NCBI GenBank assembly: GCA_031385045.1
Contig: JANNBC010000024.1
Span: 160,001-224,000 of the forward strand
Direction: 5' to 3'
DNA: 64,000 nt
DNA from: a bacterium
GTDB taxonomy: Bacteria > Bdellovibrionota_C > UBA2361 > CALJRW01
Shown: positions 57,602 through 64,000 of the stretch, piece after piece
Position numbering within the stretch: the stretch's first letter is position 1
Layout of the letters: each line of letters starts with the position of its first letter
The notes under the pieces: generated by a model
What the model saw: only the letters and a program-made list of their open reading frames with translations
What the model was told of the DNA's origin: nothing
The model's database searches: none
Program-made: the position numbers and the translations under genes

Positions 57602-57629
57602 GGGTGAAGACTCCATGCAGTCTTCACCC
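57602..57629 (+). terminator. stem-loop after sod
   Basis: GGGTGAAGACT-CCATGC-AGTCTTCACCC, 11-bp stem; lacks a U-tract, so it may be a stabilising hairpin. Confidence 0.45.
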
Positions 57630-57674
57630 AGCTAGCCACTTAAAATTCTTTTATCCTCTACCTTCGATTTAAAA

Positions 57675-60305
57675 ATGTCCTTACCAAATAAATTTGATTC
57701 CAAAGTATCCGAAAAATCTCTTCAAGAAATTTGGGAAACTAATAAAACCTATAAATGGGAAGAAAAATCCCAAGAAGAATCATTTATTGTCGATACTCCC
57801 CCGCCAACAGTCTCAGGCTCATTACATTTAGGACACGTCTTTAGCTATACACAGACTGATATTGTTACTCGCTTTCAAAGGATGATTGGCAAAAATGTTT
57901 TTTATCCAATGGGCTGGGATGATAATGGGCTACCAACTGAACGTCGTGTTCAGAATTTTTTTGGGATAAAATGTAATCCTAACGTTAAAGATCAAGCTGA
58001 CTTTAAGCCAAACTATAATTTCGATCCTAAAAAAGATCAGGTAGTTGAAGTTTCTAGAAAAGATTTTATTTCCGCCTGTGTGGAATTAACTACCAAGGAT
58101 GAAGTTGCCTATGAAGCCATGTGGCGTAGATTAGGACTTTCTGTTGATTGGACTCAGACTTATTCTACAATTGATCCCCACTCTCAGAAGATTTCTCAAT
58201 TATCATTTTTAGATTTAGCGAAAAATAACCAAGTCTATAACCTAGAATCTCCGACAATGTGGGATGTTGATTTTCAATCCGCGATTGCTCAGGCTGAGTT
58301 AGAAGATCGGGAACGACCAGGTGCCTTTCATGATCTAAAATTTCAGATGGAATCTGGGGATGAATTTATTATTGCCACAACTCGCCCTGAATTATTACCA
58401 GCTTGTATCGCTGTTGTTGCACATCCAAGCGATCTACGTTACCAAAAGTTTTTTGGCAAAACGGCGATAACGCCACTTTTCTATGCCCCTGTTCCAGTAT
58501 TAGCATCAGAGCATGCTGAACCAGATAAAGGTAGCGGGATCATGATGATCTGTACCTTCGGAGATATTAACGATGTGCAGTGGTGGAAGTCCTCGCAACT
58601 TCCAATTAAACAAGTAATTAATCTGCAAGGAATTATTCGCCCAGTTACTTTTGGAGAAGATGCATTTGTAAGTATTAAACCAGATATAGCTAACTCTAAT
58701 TACCAACAATTGGTTGGTCTTTATTTAAAACAAGCACAGAAAAAAATTGTGGAACTTTTGGCTCAGCCAGATTCAGCAATAGATGGAAAGTCGGCAGCAT
58801 TATTTGCTGAACCAAAGGCGATTACTCATTCCGTAAAATTCTATGAAAAAGGCGATCGTCCCTTAGAATTTATTCCAACTAGGCAATGGTTTATTAAAAC
58901 ATTAGATCACAAAGAAGCTTTATTAGAACAAGGCACTAAGATTAATTGGCACCCCGAGCATATGCGCGTGCGTTATGAAAATTGGGTTAAAGGATTAAAT
59001 CAAGATTGGTGTGTTAGTCGTCAAAGATATTTTGGAGTTCCCTTTCCAGTCTGGTATCCAATAAATGCCCTAGGTGAAGTTAATTATACTCAGCCACTTT
59101 ATGCGGAAGCTCAAGATTTGCCAGTAGATCCAATGAGCCAAGTGCCGAAAGGATTTACTGAATCACAACGTGGTCAAGCAAATGGTTTTATCGGAGATCC
59201 TGACGTGATGGATACTTGGGCAACTTCCTCATTAACCCCACAGCTCTCTAGTCATTGGGGATCAAACGCAGAACGTCATCAGAAATTATTTCCCGCTAAC
59301 ATCAGACCACAAGCGCATGAAATTATTCGTACTTGGGCTTTCTATACGATAGTTAAATCTTGGCAACACTTTGGAGAGATTCCTTGGAAAGATATCTTAA
59401 TTAGCGGTTGGGTTCTTGATCCCGAACGTAAAAAAATGAGTAAGTCTAAAGGTAACGTGATTACTCCAGAAAGTTTATTCGATGAGTATTCTCCTGATGC
59501 TATTAGATATTGGACTGCCAAGGCTAGACTGGGAGCAGACACCGCAATTGAAGAAGCTATTTTTAAAATGGGTGGAAAGCTTTGTACCAAAATCTTCAAT
59601 GCTTCCAAGTTTGTCCTAATGCAATTTGAAAGAATTAATTTAGATATCAAAGATTACAATTTAGCTGATATTAATTGTGAGTTGGATCGCGCCTTAGTAG
59701 CAAATCTACAAGAAGTGATTGCGGAAAGTTCTAAAGCACTAGAAAACTTTGAGTACACAACCGCTTTAAAATTAATTGAAGACGCCTTTTGGGATTTCTG
59801 TGATAATTACTTAGAGTTAGTAAAGGTTAGATCGTACCAAGATGATAATAATCCCGAACGAAAATCAGCGATGTCGGCCTTGGCCTGGAGCTTAAAAACA
59901 TTTTTAAAATTATTTGCGCCTTTTGTCCCTTATGTCACAGAAGAAGTTTGGCAAGAAAGCTTTAAAGATGGCAAGAATCCAGCAATTCATAAATCTACCT
60001 GGCCGACGACAAATGAAGCTAGTAATGTTTTAAAACCAAGTTACTCCAAAGCTTATTCCTCAGCGACGGAAGTGATCAGTAAAGTCCGTGGGGTAAAAAC
60101 AGCCTCACAAAAAAGCCTTAAATGGGAGATTGCGGAATTAAATATTGCCTGCAACGCTGAAGCTCAACAAGCCTTGGAGTCTGTTATCGATGATTTATTA
60201 CAAGCAGCCAATGTTAAAGATCAAGGCCTAGTCTTTACCGCAACAAGCAATCAAGAAACTGAACTTCAAGTCTCAGTAATTTTATCTGAGAACTGGAGTC
60301 AATAA
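57675..60305 (+). CDS. valS: valine--tRNA ligase (type 2, archaeal-like)
   Basis: DTPPPTVSGSLHLGH, GWDDNGLPTERRV, DTWATSS, RPQAHEIIRTW, KMSKS. Confidence 0.96.
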   Translation: MSLPNKFDSKVSEKSLQEIWETNKTYKWEEKSQEESFIVDTPPPTVSGSLHLGHVFSYTQTDIVTRFQRMIGKNVFYPMGWDDNGLPTERRVQNFFGIKCNPNVKDQADFKPNYNFDPKKDQVVEVSRKDFISACVELTTKDEVAYEAMWRRLGLSVDWTQTYSTIDPHSQKISQLSFLDLAKNNQVYNLESPTMWDVDFQSAIAQAELEDRERPGAFHDLKFQMESGDEFIIATTRPELLPACIAVVAHPSDLRYQKFFGKTAITPLFYAPVPVLASEHAEPDKGSGIMMICTFGDINDVQWWKSSQLPIKQVINLQGIIRPVTFGEDAFVSIKPDIANSNYQQLVGLYLKQAQKKIVELLAQPDSAIDGKSAALFAEPKAITHSVKFYEKGDRPLEFIPTRQWFIKTLDHKEALLEQGTKINWHPEHMRVRYENWVKGLNQDWCVSRQRYFGVPFPVWYPINALGEVNYTQPLYAEAQDLPVDPMSQVPKGFTESQRGQANGFIGDPDVMDTWATSSLTPQLSSHWGSNAERHQKLFPANIRPQAHEIIRTWAFYTIVKSWQHFGEIPWKDILISGWVLDPERKKMSKSKGNVITPESLFDEYSPDAIRYWTAKARLGADTAIEEAIFKMGGKLCTKIFNASKFVLMQFERINLDIKDYNLADINCELDRALVANLQEVIAESSKALENFEYTTALKLIEDAFWDFCDNYLELVKVRSYQDDNNPERKSAMSALAWSLKTFLKLFAPFVPYVTEEVWQESFKDGKNPAIHKSTWPTTNEASNVLKPSYSKAYSSATEVISKVRGVKTASQKSLKWEIAELNIACNAEAQQALESVIDDLLQAANVKDQGLVFTATSNQETELQVSVILSENWSQ

Positions 60306-61873
60306 TGACTGATATGCAAATTTTAGTTGGCATAAACCAAGAGGGAGAAAAAGTTTGTTTACATACTAAAATGGCCAATCGCCATGGTCTGATTGCTGGT
60401 GCAACGGGGACTGGAAAAACAGTTACACTGCAAGTCCTGGCAGAAGCTTTTTCTAATTTAGGAGTTCCAGTTTTTACTGCTGACGTAAAAGGAGATCTGG
60501 CCGGTCTTTGTAAATCAGGAACACTAAGCAATAGAATTCAAGAGAGACTAGAATTAGTTAAGCTGGAAAATTTTCAACTGCAACCTTCACCTGTAATTTT
60601 CTGGGACTTACTCCAAAAGAATGGTCATCCTGTGCGCACCACAATTTCAGAGATGGGACCAGCGCTACTATCACGCTTAATGGATCTAAATGATACGCAA
60701 GAAGGCATTATCCAAATTGCCTTTAAGTATGCCGATGATGAAAATCTTTTATTACTAGATCTAAAAGATCTCCAAGAGTTACTACGCTGGTTATCAGATC
60801 ATAGCGATGAAATTAAAATGAATTATGGCAATGTTAATCCAACTTCAGTTGCCGCAATCCAAAGAGATCTACTAGTACTGGAACAAAGTGGCGCTATTAA
60901 TTTTTTTGCTGAACCAGCGCTGGAAATTAAAGACTTACTGAGGAAAGACCTTTCCGGTAAAGGAATAATTAATATCTTAGATGCGAGCACTCTGCTTCAA
61001 GATGGGCGCCTTTACTCAACTTTTTTGCTCTGGCTCCTGTCCGAGCTTTTCGAAAATTTACCAGAAATTGGAGATCAGGAATTACCAAAGCTCGTTTTCT
61101 TTTTTGACGAAGCACATTTATTATTTAATGATGCGCCCAAGGCATTACTAGAAAAAATTGAACTTGTTGTGCGACTAATCAGATCAAAAGGTGTGGGTAT
61201 ATATTTTGTCACTCAAAATCCTAAGGATTTACCAGAGATTATCCTAGCCCAACTTGGTAACCGCTTTCAGCACGCACTCCGCGCTTACACCCCAGCGGAG
61301 CAAAAGGGAATTAAAGTTGCCTCAGAATCTTTTCGAGCAAATCCTAAATTTAAAACCGAAGAAGCAATCACAAATTTAGAAATTGGACAGGCCTTAGTTT
61401 CTGTTTTAGATCTCCAAGGCGCCCCAACCATCGTAGAAAAAACTTTCATTGCTCCGCCACATTCTAGACTAGGAACAATTAGTCCTGAAGAGCGAACTAG
61501 TATTATCAGCGCATCTCCACTGACAGATAAGTATCTTAAATCGGTAGATCGAGAATCTGCTTATGAGGTTCTTAAAAAGAAGATGGAAGCAATTTCAGTT
61601 GAGGCTCCCCCAAAGCCAACAGGCCGAACAAAAGATAGTGTCCTAGCTAGTACTAGTAAATCATTTATTCGCTCCATGGCATCAACTATCGGGCGCATTT
61701 TAGTTGGAGTCTTAGTTGGTATTTTCCTTGGCAATAAATCTTCCAGTAGCAAAAGAAGCAAGAGTGTTTCAGAACAAGTAACTAGAACGGTTGGAAGTAG
61801 TGTTAAAAGAACAATTAGTAATCAAATTGGCACTCGCATTGCTCGTGGCGTTTTAGGATCGATTCTTAAATAA
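60305..61873 (+). CDS. DUF853/YjgR HerA-like P-loop ATPase
   Basis: NRHGLIAGATGTGKT, DVKGDL, FFFDEAHLLF, IRSKGVG, QHALRA. Confidence 0.9.
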   Translation: MTDMQILVGINQEGEKVCLHTKMANRHGLIAGATGTGKTVTLQVLAEAFSNLGVPVFTADVKGDLAGLCKSGTLSNRIQERLELVKLENFQLQPSPVIFWDLLQKNGHPVRTTISEMGPALLSRLMDLNDTQEGIIQIAFKYADDENLLLLDLKDLQELLRWLSDHSDEIKMNYGNVNPTSVAAIQRDLLVLEQSGAINFFAEPALEIKDLLRKDLSGKGIINILDASTLLQDGRLYSTFLLWLLSELFENLPEIGDQELPKLVFFFDEAHLLFNDAPKALLEKIELVVRLIRSKGVGIYFVTQNPKDLPEIILAQLGNRFQHALRAYTPAEQKGIKVASESFRANPKFKTEEAITNLEIGQALVSVLDLQGAPTIVEKTFIAPPHSRLGTISPEERTSIISASPLTDKYLKSVDRESAYEVLKKKMEAISVEAPPKPTGRTKDSVLASTSKSFIRSMASTIGRILVGVLVGIFLGNKSSSSKRSKSVSEQVTRTVGSSVKRTISNQIGTRIARGVLGSILK

Positions 61874-61907
61874 TCGATCAAGGGATTTAAAATTTATTTG
61901 AGCTACC

Positions 61908-62600
61908 TTGAAACTGCTATTAACTAATGATGATGGGTATGATGCTGAAGGATTAAACGCCCTCACTAAACTAATCGGCAAATATGGATCGACCACAGTT
62001 TGTGCTCCACTTCTTCCGCATTCCTATGCTGGTCATCGAGTCACAACAGATCGCGAACTAATTCTAAACAAATATCAACAAGACGAAGAACACTATCATC
62101 TATCAGGCACCCCAGCAGATTGCTCGCGAATTGCCCTAACTCATGTATGCCAAAATGCTGACTGGGTCATCTCAGGTATTAATCATGGGGCTAATTTAGG
62201 AGTTGATGTCTTCACTTCTGGGACAGTGGCCGCAGCAAGGGAGGCCTGCATTTTAGGATATAAGGCGATCGCAATTTCTCATTATATCTGCAAAGGAAAA
62301 AAGATTGATTGGGATTTGGCAACGAAACGTTTAGCACCGGCTCTTGAGCAAATCTTTAATTACAACTCAAAACCTTCAGGCTACTGGAATATTAACCTGC
62401 CACATCCCGACCATCAAGAATTATGTGAGTTTATTAATTGCCCCCTTGATCCTAACCCACTTCAAATTAAGTATCAGCAAAACAATCAGATTTTCCGTTA
62501 CTCAGGCGATTTCGCATCAAGAGCAAAAACTCCGCATCATGATGTCGAAGAATGTTTGATCAATGGCAAAATTACTGGGACTTTTCTACCAATCTTCTAG
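61908..62600 (+). CDS. surE: 5'/3'-nucleotidase SurE
   Basis: LLTNDDG, GTPADC, SGINHGANLG, SGTVAAAREA. Confidence 0.93.
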   Translation: MKLLLTNDDGYDAEGLNALTKLIGKYGSTTVCAPLLPHSYAGHRVTTDRELILNKYQQDEEHYHLSGTPADCSRIALTHVCQNADWVISGINHGANLGVDVFTSGTVAAAREACILGYKAIAISHYICKGKKIDWDLATKRLAPALEQIFNYNSKPSGYWNINLPHPDHQELCEFINCPLDPNPLQIKYQQNNQIFRYSGDFASRAKTPHHDVEECLINGKITGTFLPIF

Positions 62601-62620
62601 ATTTTCGGATCGTAATAATG

Positions 62621-63250
62621 CTATAGCTTCCCAAGCTCTGCCAAACTACAGAATCCAGTCTTACCAAAAATAATATGATCTAAAAGTTTAATTCCTAACA
62701 AGCTCCCAGCCTCATGCAATCTTTTCGTTACTTGCAAATCCTCTGTGCTCGGCTCTAAATTGCCCGATGGATGGTTATGCGCGACAATTAAAGAACAAGC
62801 TCTGTCTACTAATGGATCAGCAAAAACCTCTCGGGGATGGACTTGTGTTGTATTGACAAGACCAATTGAAACTACCCGAACCTCAATTATTTCATTGGCA
62901 CCATTTAAACTGATACTAAGAAAATATTCCTGCTTCTTATCGGCATAGGTGAGTAAATAAGGTAATAGATCCTGCGCCATGGTAATTTTTACTCCACAAT
63001 TCCCAGTTCTCCTTCTACCAAATTCTAAACAAGCAAAGATCTGGCAAGACTTGGATTTCCCAATGCCGACTATCGTTCTCAAATCTGCCAAAGTTAACTC
63101 GGAATTTTTATCTTGAATTAAACCTAAAACATTTTTTGCTAACTCTTTAACCGGCTGACCTTGAGTGCCAGCTCCTAAAATAGTGGATACTAACTCTAAA
63201 TCACTTAAAGCTTGAGAGCCTAGACTAATCAATTTTTCTCGTGGCAGCAT
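62621..63250 (-). CDS. radC: RadC family JAB-domain protein
   Basis: PREKL, HPREVF, AHNHPSG..PS..D, LLDHII. Confidence 0.93.
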   Translation of the reverse strand: MLPREKLISLGSQALSDLELVSTILGAGTQGQPVKELAKNVLGLIQDKNSELTLADLRTIVGIGKSKSCQIFACLEFGRRRTGNCGVKITMAQDLLPYLLTYADKKQEYFLSISLNGANEIIEVRVVSIGLVNTTQVHPREVFADPLVDRACSLIVAHNHPSGNLEPSTEDLQVTKRLHEAGSLLGIKLLDHIIFGKTGFCSLAELGKL

Positions 63251-63403
63251 AAATTATTACTGATCGAGGAAAATTTTAAAATGTTGCATTTATTGGTGAT
63301 AATTTTTAGTTAAAAGCTAAATTTATAACATTTAAATCCTGCCTAGCTTTTACGAGAATCTAAAGCCCTAAGATTTTTCTAGAATTATCCATTAATAATT
63401 CGT

Positions 63404-63622
63404 ATATACTAAAACCTATTAGATTTTACCGAAAATGCTAGGAAAAATGCGAATCGCATTTTCAGTTCCTTGGGGTTTTAGTATATTTGTTTTCCCCAGC
63501 TAAAATGCTTATTAGATAAGCATTTTAGCCTGAGCGACCCCCTCGGGTCGCTTCAAGCGCTTCGCGCTTGATATACTAGGCGACTAATTTTAGAATAGTA
63601 ATTTCTAATGTCGCCTAGTATA
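63404..63622. repeat. cluster of palindromic/MITE-like elements
   Basis: 13-bp IR pairs ATATACTAAAACC (63404/63486) and TATACTAGGCGAC (63572/63622), plus hairpins at 63444-63462, 63499-63529, 63533-63552 and 63553-63571. Confidence 0.55.
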
Positions 63623-63656
63623 CTAAATCTATGGATTTATTAGAAAGAGTTTAAAG

Positions 63657-64000
63657 ATGAACCTTAATACTGAGACCAACCTAGCTTCGGCTATTAAAAT
63701 AATTACTTGCCCCGAAGAACAACAAACTCCTGCAAATACTCTTTTCTTAGCAGGTGGCATTTCTAATTGCCCTGATTGGCAAAGTGAAATTATCAAATTG
63801 ATGCGCGAATATTCTATTACGGTATTAAATCCTCGCAGAGACAGTTTCGATATTTCAGATCCAACAGCCACAGATTTTCAGATTGCCTGGGAGCATCGTC
63901 ATCTTCATCTAGCCGAAGCAATTTCTTTTTGGTTTCCGAAAGAAACAGAATGTCCAATTACACTTTTTGAACTTGGGTATTGGCTACTCTCAGCTAAACC
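63657..64000 (+). CDS. nucleoside 2-deoxyribosyltransferase-like protein (runs off the window end)
   Basis: own translation from ATG 63657: LFLAGGISNCPDWQ...VLNPRR...QIAWE...ISFWFPKETECPITLFELG; absent from the ORF track because there is no stop codon. Confidence 0.8.
   Translation, partial: MNLNTETNLASAIKIITCPEEQQTPANTLFLAGGISNCPDWQSEIIKLMREYSITVLNPRRDSFDISDPTATDFQIAWEHRHLHLAEAISFWFPKETECPITLFELGYWLLSAK

Noticed and set aside
60305..61873. DUF853 ATPase as the missing T4SS coupling protein
   Set aside because: It is an ordinary YjgR-family protein overlapping valS, about 45 kb from the cluster, with no N-terminal TM anchor like TraD.
62621..63250. radC as a mobile-element marker
   Set aside because: It has the N-terminal PREKL/HhH region of the chromosomal form and housekeeping neighbours.
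957..63871. Short overlapping or antisense ORFs in the track (e.g. 957-1229, 3510-3701, 34242-34568, 35872-36189, 59342-59650, 63629-63871)
   Set aside because: They are shadows of well-supported genes, with no motifs of their own.

Overview
AT-rich bacterial chromosomal segment from an apparently aerobic (hemF, trhO, sod), diderm and probably flagellated (csrA-fliW) organism. A delta-proteobacteria/Bdellovibrionota-like origin is a guess, not shown by the sequence. The standout region is 3.4-14.9 kb: a minus-strand cluster encoding an F-type type IV secretion/pilus core (TraL, TraE, TraK, TraB, TraV, TraC/VirB4, a TraA/VirB2-like pilin and TraX). It also carries non-canonical partners: a second TraV-like lipoprotein, a possible DotD/N0-like lipoprotein, a bacterial PH-domain protein, a coiled-coil SH3b protein and an M23 peptidase. 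I see no relaxase, coupling protein, TraG/N/U/W/H/F, integrase or att site in the window. A sigma28-like promoter precedes traB, and a convergent operon encodes a degenerate PRTase and a membrane pseudokinase. Together these look like a domesticated, non-conjugative T4SS-derived machine (inference). The rest of the window holds housekeeping and envelope genes: ileS, a scrambled pseudaminic-acid/acetamidino sugar locus, an orphan gspK, rpmB, csrA-fliW, hemF, psd-serC-serA, ihfA, an M16 protease pair, fabD-folK-folP-pabB-pabC, trhO, sod, valS, surE and radC. Several intergenic MITE/REP-like palindromic elements are present. No rRNA, tRNA or CRISPR array was seen. All protein calls come from motif recognition by eye, not from database searches.
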